A stretch of DNA of 64,000 nt from SAR86 cluster bacterium SAR86A (lineage in GTDB: Bacteria; Pseudomonadota; Gammaproteobacteria; Magnimaribacterales; D2472): the NCBI GenBank assembly GCA_000252525.1, contig JH611156.1, forward strand, positions 102,219 to 166,218, given 5' to 3'. The notes below the pieces were generated by a model. The model had not been told where the DNA came from and searched no databases. It saw only the letters and a program-made list of their open reading frames with translations. Positions 30,054 through 39,584 of this stretch are shown piece after piece. Numbering within the stretch: position 1 is the first letter of the stretch; each line of letters begins with the position of its first letter. Made by a program: the position numbers and the translations under genes.

Positions 30054-30677
30054 ATGTTGAACATACTTAAAAAAAATTTCTTGGTTTTTTTTCTACTGAT
30101 AAACTCTTTATATATTTTGTCTGACGAAGACCCTTATATATTTATCGATGAAAACGCTCAAAAGATGGTAAGAGTTCTAACTGAAGATTCGTCTTTGTTC
30201 GAGACAGACAGGGCGCTATACGAAGACAAAATTAAAGAAATTTTTGAACCAATGATTGATTTTAGAAGAGTAGCAGCTAGCGTAATGGGTAAAAAATATT
30301 ATTTACTTGCAACCAAAGAAGAGAGAGCGGAATTTGTTTTAATATTTAAGGATTCATTATTAGATACATACGCGGAGACTCTCGCACAATGGGGCGATTC
30401 AACAATAACAACTGAATTTCCAAAAAATAAAGAAGAATTAAGTAAAAACGCTGAAGTCAAACAGACACTTGATACAGGCACTAGTAAATATCCCATATCT
30501 TATAAATTAAGAAAAAGTAAAGACGGATGGAAAATAGTAAATATTATTATTAATGGAGTAAATCTTGGACTTACATTCAGAAATCAATTTCAAGCATTAG
30601 CGGTCTCCCACAATGAAAATATTTCTGATACATTAAGAAATTGGGTTTCTGATGCTGGAACTGCGGGTATTACATAA
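30054..30677 (+). CDS. mlaC: Periplasmic phospholipid-binding protein MlaC (Ttg2D family)
   Basis: 207 aa with a signal peptide. DPY..IDENAQKM, VMGKKYYLLATKEERAEF..IFKDSLLDTYA and W.IVNIIINGVNLGLTFRNQF align with E. coli MlaC. Followed by ibaG-murA as in E. coli. Confidence 0.8.
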   Translation: MLNILKKNFLVFFLLINSLYILSDEDPYIFIDENAQKMVRVLTEDSSLFETDRALYEDKIKEIFEPMIDFRRVAASVMGKKYYLLATKEERAEFVLIFKDSLLDTYAETLAQWGDSTITTEFPKNKEELSKNAEVKQTLDTGTSKYPISYKLRKSKDGWKIVNIIINGVNLGLTFRNQFQALAVSHNENISDTLRNWVSDAGTAGIT

Positions 30678-30893
30678 GTGGAAGAAGATATAAAGAAAAT
30701 AATCGAAAATAATATTCCTGATTCAATTTGTGTCTTTGATGGTGATTCATGTAATTTAAAACTAACAGTGACTTCTAAACTATTTGAGGACATGTCACTA
30801 ATAGATCAGCACAAAATCATCATGAAGCTGTTAGAAAATCATTTCCAGTCTGGAGAGTTACATGCTCTTAGTTTAGAGACTAGATCAAATTAA
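30678..30893 (+). CDS. ibaG: BolA-family protein IbaG (YrbA)
   Basis: 71 aa with a GTG start. BolA-like ..KLTVTSKLFEDMSLIDQHKIIMKLL...HALSLET. Immediately upstream of murA. Confidence 0.75.
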   Translation: MEEDIKKIIENNIPDSICVFDGDSCNLKLTVTSKLFEDMSLIDQHKIIMKLLENHFQSGELHALSLETRSN

Positions 30894-30895
30894 TC

Positions 30896-32155
30896 ATGGA
30901 AAAGCTGCTAATAAAAGGTGGTAAGTCTCTATCAGGCAAAATAAGTTGTTCAGGTGCAAAAAATGCTGCTCTCCCAATGATTGCAGCAACCATACTGTGC
31001 GACGACAAGGTTGTATTAAAAAATTTACCTTACTTGCAAGATATTACGACTATGTTTGAGCTATTGGGTTCGATGGGCTCAGAAATTTTATTAGATGAAA
31101 ATATGGACTTCACAATTTCTTCAGCAAATCTTAAAGATATTGAGGCAAGATACGAACTAGTCAAAACAATGAGAGCTTCAATATTAGTTTTAGGACCATT
31201 ATTGTCAAAGTACGGAAAAGCAAGAATAGCTTTACCAGGAGGTTGTGCAATAGGCTCCAGACCTGTTAATTTCCACTTAGATGCACTAAAACAGATGGGT
31301 GCTTCGATAACCTTGAGAAATGGTTACATTGAAGCAAATGCTTCTCAGCTTAATGGAGCAAACATTAAATTTGAGGGAGTTACAGTAACAGGAACAGAAA
31401 ATCTTATGATGGCTGCAACTCTTGCTAAGGGCCAAACAATACTAACCAATGTTGCAAAGGAACCTGAAATTGCAGATCTAGCTGATATGCTTAATTCTAT
31501 GGGTGCAAAGATATCTGGAGCAGGAACTGACAAAATAGTTATTGATGGCGTAGATAAACTTAAAGGTACAATTTTTGATATACCAGCAGACAGAATTGAA
31601 GCTGGAACTTATCTTGTAGCTGCAGCTGTAACCAAAGGCAGTATTACTATCGATGGAATTAATCCTAACCGCCTAATGAAAGTTATTGATAAGTTAAGGG
31701 CTGCTGGAGCTGAAATTGATTACAATGAAGATTCAATTTCAATTAATATGAAATTAGAATTTCCAAATCCAGTTGATATCACAACAGCTCCTTTTCCAGA
31801 ATTTCCAACAGACATGCAAGCTCAGTTTTCAGTAATTAATGCAATATCGTCAGGAACTGCCAATATATATGAGACTGTTTTTGAAAATAGATTCATGCAT
31901 ATCTTAGAATTGAACAGAATGGGTTGCGACATTTCTGTTAAAGGCAATCATGCTGTTATTCAAGGCGTTAAATCAATTTATGGAGCTCAAGTAATGGCGA
32001 CTGACCTAAGAGCTTCTGCAAGTTTGATCCTTGCTGGCCTGTGCGCTGAGGGCGAAACAGTTGTTGATAGGATTTATCATATTGATAGAGGATATGAAAG
32101 AATCGAAGAAAAGCTAAACTATTTAGGTGCAAATATTATTAGGCTCCCAAGTTAA
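30896..32155 (+). CDS. murA: UDP-N-acetylglucosamine 1-carboxyvinyltransferase
   Basis: 419 aa. GAKNAALP and LPGGCAIGSRPV (active-site Cys loop). Confidence 0.95.
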   Translation: MEKLLIKGGKSLSGKISCSGAKNAALPMIAATILCDDKVVLKNLPYLQDITTMFELLGSMGSEILLDENMDFTISSANLKDIEARYELVKTMRASILVLGPLLSKYGKARIALPGGCAIGSRPVNFHLDALKQMGASITLRNGYIEANASQLNGANIKFEGVTVTGTENLMMAATLAKGQTILTNVAKEPEIADLADMLNSMGAKISGAGTDKIVIDGVDKLKGTIFDIPADRIEAGTYLVAAAVTKGSITIDGINPNRLMKVIDKLRAAGAEIDYNEDSISINMKLEFPNPVDITTAPFPEFPTDMQAQFSVINAISSGTANIYETVFENRFMHILELNRMGCDISVKGNHAVIQGVKSIYGAQVMATDLRASASLILAGLCAEGETVVDRIYHIDRGYERIEEKLNYLGANIIRLPS

Positions 32156-33135
32156 TCACCTGAGTATTTAAATTCATAAGTTTTGAACTCATTTGAAACT
32201 GTATAAAATTCTAATTTAAGTGATTCACCTAAAGTAGCATACCTAAGAGATTGAATTAGATTATTCCAATTACTATCTTGATCATTGATTTTAGTAATAA
32301 TGTCATTTATTTGTATACCTCTATCAAAAAGAGGACCAATTTTCTCCATTTCTACAATTCTTAGACCAGATGAATATTTATCATTGATTTTAAGATCGAC
32401 TCTTGAAACTCTAAAATTTCCAATCCAAAGAGACTTTACTTCACCAAATCGAATTAGTTGTGTTGCAATTTGAACAACTAAATTAGAGGGTATTGCAAAT
32501 CCAATTCCTTGGTATGCTCCTGTACTAGAAAATATTTTAGAATTAATTCCAATTAAATTTCCATTTTCATTAATTAAAGCACCACCAGAATTTCCAGGAT
32601 TTATAGCTGCGTCAGTCTGGATAAGTTGCAAGTAGGGATTACCATAATCTCGTCCTGTAGCACTTACAATCCCATTTGAAACAGAAATTCCTATTCCATA
32701 AGGATTACCAATTGCAAGAACTTTATCACCAATTTTAAGATTATCGCTATTAGCAATATTAATTGGATTAAGATTTTCATCTGCAGAAATTTTTAATACA
32801 GCAATATCTGCATTTTTATCAATTCCAATTATGTTTGCAGGGTAATTTTTTCCATTATTTAGCTGAACGTTTATATTTTTGCTGTTTAGGATATGTAAGT
32901 TTGTAACAATATATCCTTCTTTAGAAAATATAACCCCAGAACCTATTCCACTTTTATTATTAGAGTATGAAAGATTGCTTTGAGTTGATGATGAAATAGT
33001 AACAACAGAAGAAATTGATTTATCTGCAGCAGAGACTAATTTGTTATTATTATCACTAATAAAGTACCATGACAAAGCTACTGTAAATAAAATAACAAAA
33101 ATATAATTTATTCCTAATGTTTGTATATTTTTCAT
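32152..33135 (-). CDS. degS: DegS/AlgW-type periplasmic serine endoprotease (trypsin fold plus one PDZ)
   Basis: 327 aa. N-terminal TM anchor, TDAAINPGNSGGALIN catalytic Ser motif, single C-terminal PDZ. Confidence 0.7.
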   Translation of the reverse strand: MKNIQTLGINYIFVILFTVALSWYFISDNNNKLVSAADKSISSVVTISSSTQSNLSYSNNKSGIGSGVIFSKEGYIVTNLHILNSKNINVQLNNGKNYPANIIGIDKNADIAVLKISADENLNPINIANSDNLKIGDKVLAIGNPYGIGISVSNGIVSATGRDYGNPYLQLIQTDAAINPGNSGGALINENGNLIGINSKIFSSTGAYQGIGFAIPSNLVVQIATQLIRFGEVKSLWIGNFRVSRVDLKINDKYSSGLRIVEMEKIGPLFDRGIQINDIITKINDQDSNWNNLIQSLRYATLGESLKLEFYTVSNEFKTYEFKYSGD

Positions 33136-33136
33136 A

Positions 33137-34177
33137 ATGCTGAATACTCAAAATATCATTGATAAACTAAAAAACCAAGGTATAGAGGCTGATACATCTC
33201 AAATTAAACTCATTACAGAATTGGTTGATTTAAATATTAAAAAGAAAGGTTTTCTAGAAACTTATCTTACAAAAAATATAAAAAAATCAGGAATATATAT
33301 CTGGGGAGATGTTGGAAGAGGGAAAACACTTGTTTCAAAAACATATTTGCAAAGCATTACAAATAAAAATGTTAAAAATTTTCATTACATTGATTTAATG
33401 AAATACGTTCATAAAAAGCTCACAGAATATGCAGGTAAAAAAAATCCTCTAGAAATTGTAAAGAATGATCTGTGTAAAGAATGCGAACTTATTTTTATTG
33501 ATGAGTTTCAGGTTGAAGATATTGCAGACGCAATGATTATTGGTAATCTTCTTTTGGGGATAATTAATAAAGGTTTAATTTTAATTTTAACATCTAATGC
33601 TCACCCTAATGACTTGTATAAGGATGGCCTTCAGAGAAAGAAATTTTTAGATGCCATAAAAATTTTAACAGACAAAATGAAAGTCTTTCATTTAGATCAA
33701 GGTATTGACTATAGATCTTTAAATATTATCAATTTAGAAATTGATGATAAAAACTCTTCTGACAAGGAAATAGAAAAAATTATAAAAGAAAATTTTGAAT
33801 CAGAAGATTTTGTTAATACTGAATTAAAAATTAATGATAGAAATTTTGAATGCAAACAAGTTGTAAATAACATGCTCTGGATTGATTTTAATGCTTTTTT
33901 TAAACAACCTACCGGATCTAATGATTATATTCATATATGTGATAAATTTGATTGGATTTTTGTCAGTGGGTTCATAGAATGTGATGATGATTCAGCAGAT
34001 ATGATAAGAAGATTTATTTCCTTCATAGATATTTCATATAAAGAAAAAACTAAAGTAAAGTTTTTCTTTAAAAACCTACCAATTTCAAAAATTTATAACG
34101 GTTCAAAATTGGGAGTAATTTGGGACAGATGTGAAAGTAGACTTAGTGAAATGAATTCTTTTAATCATCTTGATTAA
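33137..34177 (+). CDS. zapE: Cell-division-associated AFG1-like ATPase ZapE
   Basis: 346 aa. Walker A GDVGRGKT, Walker B LIFIDEFQV. Upstream of rplM-rpsI, as yhcM/zapE is in E. coli. Confidence 0.8.
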   Translation: MLNTQNIIDKLKNQGIEADTSQIKLITELVDLNIKKKGFLETYLTKNIKKSGIYIWGDVGRGKTLVSKTYLQSITNKNVKNFHYIDLMKYVHKKLTEYAGKKNPLEIVKNDLCKECELIFIDEFQVEDIADAMIIGNLLLGIINKGLILILTSNAHPNDLYKDGLQRKKFLDAIKILTDKMKVFHLDQGIDYRSLNIINLEIDDKNSSDKEIEKIIKENFESEDFVNTELKINDRNFECKQVVNNMLWIDFNAFFKQPTGSNDYIHICDKFDWIFVSGFIECDDDSADMIRRFISFIDISYKEKTKVKFFFKNLPISKIYNGSKLGVIWDRCESRLSEMNSFNHLD

Positions 34178-34258
34178 TTTTAATTTGTATAAAAAACACT
34201 CATATATGTTGATATATTTGTCTCTAAACATTAATATTCGCAGTCTAATTAATTGAAT

Positions 34259-34693
34259 ATGAAAACTTACTCACTAAAAAAAGAAGAAGTAAACAGAGAT
34301 TGGTTTGTTCTCGATGTAACAGATATGGTTTTAGGAAGAGTCGCAACCAAAATAGCTGATAGAATCAGGGGAAAAGATAAGCCAACATTTACACCTCATA
34401 CCGATGGAGGTGACTACGTAATTGTAATTAATGCTGAGAAAATTAAGGTTACTGGATCAAAGTACGAAAACAAAAAGTATTATTCTCATTCACTCTATCC
34501 AGGTGGCCTGAAAACAAAAACATTCAAAGAGTTAGTCGATAAAAATCCTGAAAGAATAATCGAAGAAGCTGTAAAAGGCATGCTTCCAAAAAATAAATTA
34601 GGTAAAGCAATTTTCAAAAAGTTAAAAGTCTTTAGTGGACCAATACATGACCATGATTCACAGCAACCAAAGGAGTGGAATCCTAGTATATGA
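34259..34693 (+). CDS. rplM: 50S ribosomal protein L13
   Basis: [19 protein letters not shown] matches the L13 N-terminus. The ATG at 34259 is preferred over the track TTG at 34253. Confidence 0.95.
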   Translation: MKTYSLKKEEVNRDWFVLDVTDMVLGRVATKIADRIRGKDKPTFTPHTDGGDYVIVINAEKIKVTGSKYENKKYYSHSLYPGGLKTKTFKELVDKNPERIIEEAVKGMLPKNKLGKAIFKKLKVFSGPIHDHDSQQPKEWNPSI

Positions 34694-35082
34694 GTGCAGA
34701 TATTTTTTATGCTACCGGTAGAAGGAAGACTTCTTCTGCAAGAGTTTATTTAAAATCAGGTAAAGGCAATATAACAGTTAATAATAGGAAGCTTGATGAG
34801 TATTTTGGTAGAAAAGTTGCTCAGATGCTAGTTATGCAACCACTAGAACTTGTTGATTTGTCTGGTAAAGTTGACCTAGATGTAAAGGTCAAAGGTGGAG
34901 GTAGCTTCGGTCAAGCTGGGGCTATAAGACATGGTATTTCAAGAGCCTTAACATCATATGATGAAGAACTAAGACCACAATTAAAAAAAGCTGGCTTATT
35001 AACTAGAGACCCTAGAAGAGTGGAAAGGAAGAAAGCTGGGCTTGTAAAAGCAAGAAAAAGTAAACAATTCTCAAAAAGATAA
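34690..35082 (+). CDS. rpsI: 30S ribosomal protein S9
   Basis: 130 aa. [19 protein letters not shown] and a C-terminal ...[10 protein letters not shown]. Confidence 0.95.
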   Translation: MSADIFYATGRRKTSSARVYLKSGKGNITVNNRKLDEYFGRKVAQMLVMQPLELVDLSGKVDLDVKVKGGGSFGQAGAIRHGISRALTSYDEELRPQLKKAGLLTRDPRRVERKKAGLVKARKSKQFSKR

Positions 35083-35139
35083 TATCCAAATATTTTCTAC
35101 TTATTTTCAATTATAAGTGAATTTTATATTAGCTAAATA

Positions 35140-35148
35140 TGTTATAAT
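35140..35148 (+). promoter_or_regulatory. Extended -10 element TGTTATAAT upstream of petA
   Basis: The same perfect 9-mer as upstream of mlaC, 31 nt before the petA ATG. Confidence 0.35.
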
Positions 35149-35179
35149 TTTTGCGTTATTTGAGTAGCACACAACCTGA

Positions 35180-35761
35180 ATGCAAGAAAAAGATAAGACA
35201 AGAAGAAAAGTATTAATTGGCTTAACAAGTGCAGTTGGATTATCTGGTATTCCTTTTGCAGCAACGCCATTTATTGCGGCATGGAATCCTAGCGCAAAAG
35301 CAAAAGCAGCTGGGGCTCCAGTAAAACTTGATGTATCAAAAATGCAATTTGGGCAGCAAATTCAAGTCTCATGGAGAAAGCAACCAGTGTTTATTGTTAG
35401 ACATACTGAAGAAAGCATAGCCAACTTAGAACTTGGTGTAACAAAACTTGCTGATCCTAATTCAGATCAAATAGAAGAGCCCTATAAAGGACTCAATCCA
35501 TCAAGGTCAAAGAGTCCAGAATATTCGGTCTTCTCAGGAGTTTGTACACATTTAGGCTGTGCTCCTAAATATTTTCCAGAGGTTGAGCCCAAGCCTTGGG
35601 ATGCAACATGGAATGGAGGATTTTTTTGTCCATGTCACGGTTCAATGTTTGATATAGTCGGGAGAGTTTTTAAAGGTGTTCCAGCGCCAACAAATTTAAT
35701 TGTGCCACCTCATATGTTTGAAGGAAGCATTTTAACAATTGGAGAGGATAAGGAGCTATAA
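35180..35761 (+). CDS. petA: Ubiquinol-cytochrome c reductase Rieske iron-sulfur subunit
   Basis: 193 aa. Tat-type RRKVLIGL signal/anchor. Rieske boxes CTHLGC and CPCHGS. Confidence 0.93.
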   Translation: MQEKDKTRRKVLIGLTSAVGLSGIPFAATPFIAAWNPSAKAKAAGAPVKLDVSKMQFGQQIQVSWRKQPVFIVRHTEESIANLELGVTKLADPNSDQIEEPYKGLNPSRSKSPEYSVFSGVCTHLGCAPKYFPEVEPKPWDATWNGGFFCPCHGSMFDIVGRVFKGVPAPTNLIVPPHMFEGSILTIGEDKEL

Positions 35762-35762
35762 A

Positions 35763-36980
35763 ATGACTGAAATTGCAGGAAAATTATTTACATGGATAAA
35801 CACCCGACTCCCAATAGCTAACACTTTTGAGAGACACCTTTCAAAACATCCTGTTCCATCAAAGGTAAATTTCTGGTATTTGTTTGGAGCATTAGCAGCA
35901 GTAACACTTATCATTCAAATTGTTACAGGCATATGGCTAATAATGCCATACTCTAATACTGAAGAGCAGGCATTTTCATCAATTGAATATATTATGCGAG
36001 ATGTTGATTACGGTTGGGTAATCAGATACATGCATACAACTGGAGCTTCTTTGTTTTTTGCTGTCGTTTATCTCCATATGTTCAGAGGATTGCTTTATGG
36101 CTCTTACCAGAAACCAAAAGAATTAGTGTGGATATTTGGATGTACAATATATTTAGCAATGATGGCAGAAGGTTTCCTTGGCTATGTTCTACCATATGGT
36201 CAAATGTCATATTGGGGTGCTCAAGTCATTATTTCATTGTTTGGTGCAATTCCTTATATTGGTGAGTCTTTAGAATTATGGGTTAGAGGCGACTATTATA
36301 TTTCTGGAATCACTGTATCAAGATTTTTTGCTTTGCATGTTGTTGCTCTTCCATTAGTTTTAATTGCATTAGTTTTTCTTCATTTGGTCGCTTTGCATGA
36401 AGTTGGAGCTGGAAATCCAGAGGGCGTAGACATTGAAGAGCATCTAGATGATGACGGTGTTCCTCTGGATAGTGTCCCATTTTTCCCATATAAAGTTTTA
36501 AATGCTTTAGTTGCAATTGGAGTATTTATGACTGTTTTCTCAATAATAATGTTTTTCTTTCCAGAGGGAGGCGGCTATTTTATTGAAATGGCTAATTTTC
36601 AAGAGGCCAATCCTCTTGTAACTCCTGACCATATTGCACCAGTATGGTATTACGCTCCTTTCTATACTATGTTAAGAGCGATACCTGACCCTTTAGGCGG
36701 TTTGATAGTTATGGCTGCTGCAGTTGCGATTTTCTTTATAGTCCCATGGCTAGATAGAAGTAATGTTGCATCTATCAGATATAAAGGAATTTATAGCAAG
36801 ATTGCTATCACAATGTTTGGAGTAAGCTTCTTAACTTTGGGTTATTTAGGAACTGTCGGCGTGACTGAGGTAAGAAAAACAATGAGCGTTATATGCACAG
36901 TTATGTACTTCGCTTATTTTTTACTTATGCCTATATATACCAAATATGAAACGACTAAAGAGGTTCCTGATAGATTATGA
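35763..36980 (+). CDS. petB: Cytochrome b
   Basis: Start re-set to the ATG at 35763, with AGGAG 8 nt upstream. Polytopic membrane protein with cytochrome b His ligand contexts (RYMHTTGASLFF, FALHVVALP). Confidence 0.93.
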   Translation: MTEIAGKLFTWINTRLPIANTFERHLSKHPVPSKVNFWYLFGALAAVTLIIQIVTGIWLIMPYSNTEEQAFSSIEYIMRDVDYGWVIRYMHTTGASLFFAVVYLHMFRGLLYGSYQKPKELVWIFGCTIYLAMMAEGFLGYVLPYGQMSYWGAQVIISLFGAIPYIGESLELWVRGDYYISGITVSRFFALHVVALPLVLIALVFLHLVALHEVGAGNPEGVDIEEHLDDDGVPLDSVPFFPYKVLNALVAIGVFMTVFSIIMFFFPEGGGYFIEMANFQEANPLVTPDHIAPVWYYAPFYTMLRAIPDPLGGLIVMAAAVAIFFIVPWLDRSNVASIRYKGIYSKIAITMFGVSFLTLGYLGTVGVTEVRKTMSVICTVMYFAYFLLMPIYTKYETTKEVPDRL

Positions 36981-37813
36981 GCACAGGTAATATAAAGAAA
37001 GTTTTATTTAAGCCTTTTCTTTTTATTTTATTTTTAATTCCTCTGTTTAGCGTTTTTATAGGTGCTGCCGAAGGTGGTCCTTGCAAGGATTACGGTGAAT
37101 GTGATGATTTCAAATATTCTCTTAATGATTTTGAATCATTACAAAGAGGCGCTGCAACATATATTAATTATTGTTATGGATGCCATTCTCTAAAATATTC
37201 AAGATGGGGTCGAGTTGCCAAAGACTTAAAAATTCCTGAAGATATTTTTTTTGAGAATCTTGTTTTCGATAAATCAATTAAGCCCGGAGACTTAATGATT
37301 GGATCAATGCCTGCTGAGGAATCTGCAAAGTGGTTCGGTGTTGCTCCTCCTGATTTAACTTTAGTGTCCAGATATAAAGGTGATGATTGGATCTATTCAT
37401 ATTTGAGAGCATACTATGAAGACTCATCTAAACAATATGGGGTAAATAACCTTGTATATCCTGGCACAGCAATGCCTAATGTTCTCCTTGCACTTCAAGG
37501 CAATCAAAGACTCGTTTGCAAAGATGTACCGATTATTGCAAGAAATGGTGGTCAAAAGAGGGATGAAAATGGTATTACAATTACAGAAGAGAAGTGTGGC
37601 TTTCTTGAAGTTGAAAATGGCACTGGTAAGCTTTCAAAAGAAGAATTCGACTCACTTATTTATGATTTAACAAATTTTTTAGTTTATGTTGGTGAGCCAG
37701 CAAAAGCCACTAGAGAGAGAATCGGTTGGTACGTAGTATTTTATTTTTTGATATTCACAGCTCTATCATCTTTGCTTTATAGGGAATTCCATAAAGATTA
37801 CAATAAACATTAG
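36977..37813 (+). CDS. petC: Cytochrome c1
   Basis: 278 aa. Signal peptide, heme-binding CYGCHS, C-terminal TM anchor. Confidence 0.9.
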   Translation: MSTGNIKKVLFKPFLFILFLIPLFSVFIGAAEGGPCKDYGECDDFKYSLNDFESLQRGAATYINYCYGCHSLKYSRWGRVAKDLKIPEDIFFENLVFDKSIKPGDLMIGSMPAEESAKWFGVAPPDLTLVSRYKGDDWIYSYLRAYYEDSSKQYGVNNLVYPGTAMPNVLLALQGNQRLVCKDVPIIARNGGQKRDENGITITEEKCGFLEVENGTGKLSKEEFDSLIYDLTNFLVYVGEPAKATRERIGWYVVFYFLIFTALSSLLYREFHKDYNKH

Positions 37814-37821
37814 GGGAAGTT

Positions 37822-38436
37822 ATGATTTTATATTCAGATAGAGATGATCACTATAGTCAAAGAGTAAGGATAGTTCTTGCTGAAAAAGACATATCAGCAG
37901 AAATCAATGAGGCAAAACCCGATGAAACGCCTGATGAAATTCTCTCTATAAGTCCCTATCATAAGCTACCAATACTAGTTGATCGAGATTTAGCGATTCA
38001 TGACCCTTCAGTTATGATGGAATATCTTGATGAAAGATTTCCTCACCCACCATTGTTACCGGTATATCCAGTAGCTAGGGCTAATAGCAGAACCTTAATG
38101 TTAAGAATTGATAGAGAATGGTGTCCATTAGTTGATTCTTTAATTTTAGGACAAAAACCTGAAAAAGAACTTATGAAATTGAGAGAAGAATTACTGCATG
38201 AAATATCTTCTATAGCACCAACTTTCAAAGAGTTTAGTTTCTTTATGAGTGATGAATTTACACTTGTTGATTGTTGTTTTGCTCCAATATTATGGAGATT
38301 ACCCTCTATTGGAATCAAATTACCTGTTAACAGACACCTAAAACCTTTAATTGATTATCAAAATAAAGTTTTTGAAAGACCTGGTTTTTTGGATAGCTTA
38401 TCTTCTCTTGAGAGAGATCTTAAGAGCGACCAATAA
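37822..38436 (+). CDS. sspA: Stringent starvation protein A (GST-like)
   Basis: 204 aa. LYSDRDDHYSQRVRIVLAEK...MEYLDERFPHPPLLPVYPVARA is the SspA pattern. Lies after petABC, as in Pseudomonas. Confidence 0.88.
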   Translation: MILYSDRDDHYSQRVRIVLAEKDISAEINEAKPDETPDEILSISPYHKLPILVDRDLAIHDPSVMMEYLDERFPHPPLLPVYPVARANSRTLMLRIDREWCPLVDSLILGQKPEKELMKLREELLHEISSIAPTFKEFSFFMSDEFTLVDCCFAPILWRLPSIGIKLPVNRHLKPLIDYQNKVFERPGFLDSLSSLERDLKSDQ

Positions 38437-39568
38437 CTTCGCTTAAATCTATTTTCCACATACCCATGTCTCTGGTGAGACATTTATTTTTGGAAACGCT
38501 ATTTAGTCCAGTATTTAACAATATGTCATTCTTAAAAAGATTATTTTGATAAATTTTCTCTATTGTTATGAAATCGCTTAAAACTAATTTTTCGATTCCC
38601 TGTTTAAGTCTGTCGTATTTTTGATTACCTGTTTTTAAAATAAAATCTTTTGAAACAGGCATTAAAATTTCTTCAAAATCTGCGAGATCCCTGATGTTAT
38701 CTGCATTATGAAATATTTCACTGGTTGAAAAAATTTTTATTCCAACTACATAACTTTTTAGTAAAGGCGCAATTGATTTTCCTTGATCATAATCAAGTAA
38801 AAAATATATTTTTCCAATATCTTGTCTTATTCTCGGTGTATGTTCAATTTGCCTATTATTAATAAATTTATTAATAATTTCTCCTCTTAAATTACTTTCA
38901 TCAATTTCGAGGACTTTCTTAATAGAGGATTCATAATTATCATCATTTACTCTTAAAAATATTTCAGATGGATATTTTAATTTTAATTCAGTAACCTTTT
39001 TTGAAAATCTATCAGAATAGATTATTAATGTTTTTTTATAATCAGAGTCAACAAAAATCTTTTTCTCCAAAATATTTTCTTGTTCTTTAATAAAACTGTT
39101 GCAATAAAACTTTAAATTTGAATTTAAAACATTGTCTTCAATAAAAGTAGCATCATTTTCATTCATTACAATCGAAAAAAAAGAATTATTCTCTAATAAA
39201 GTTTCCAAAATAATTTCTTTGTTCCTTTCAGACGCTACGATGCTTAATTGCAGCTTGTTTAAAGACATTTTTTTATTGTTATTAAGCATATTTTCAACTT
39301 TTTTAATATAAGACTTTTTGATTTCATTATTTTGTATACTATTGATGATAATATTTATTTCATCATCACTTAGATCTATCAATTTAAAGCCGTTTTCTAG
39401 AGCTTTTAATAGCTCAATATTATTAGTTTTGCTTAACTGATTGCTAATAAATGTATTGTTAATACTGTCTTTTGTATCTAAATCATTTTTTAAGTCATTT
39501 GGCATTGACGTGCATGAAGATATAAGGGCTATTATTAATGATAAGATAAATGTTAAGCTGAATTTCAT
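38420..39568 (-). CDS. LpoA-like outer-membrane lipoprotein (putative PBP1A activator), short
   Basis: 382 aa. Lipobox LISSC. Divergent from rsmI exactly where lpoA (yraM) sits in E. coli and Pseudomonas. Sequence similarity was not verifiable by eye. Confidence 0.4.
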   Translation of the reverse strand: MKFSLTFILSLIIALISSCTSMPNDLKNDLDTKDSINNTFISNQLSKTNNIELLKALENGFKLIDLSDDEINIIINSIQNNEIKKSYIKKVENMLNNNKKMSLNKLQLSIVASERNKEIILETLLENNSFFSIVMNENDATFIEDNVLNSNLKFYCNSFIKEQENILEKKIFVDSDYKKTLIIYSDRFSKKVTELKLKYPSEIFLRVNDDNYESSIKKVLEIDESNLRGEIINKFINNRQIEHTPRIRQDIGKIYFLLDYDQGKSIAPLLKSYVVGIKIFSTSEIFHNADNIRDLADFEEILMPVSKDFILKTGNQKYDRLKQGIEKLVLSDFITIEKIYQNNLFKNDILLNTGLNSVSKNKCLTRDMGMWKIDLSEVIGRS

Positions 39569-39584
39569 ATATTAATCTTTATAA

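Noticed and set aside
35739-35762. An N-terminal extension of petB overlapping petA, and likewise the TTG start of rplM at 34253.
   Set aside because: Internal ATGs at 35763 (with AGGAG 8 nt upstream) and at 34259 reproduce the conserved N-termini of cytochrome b and L13.
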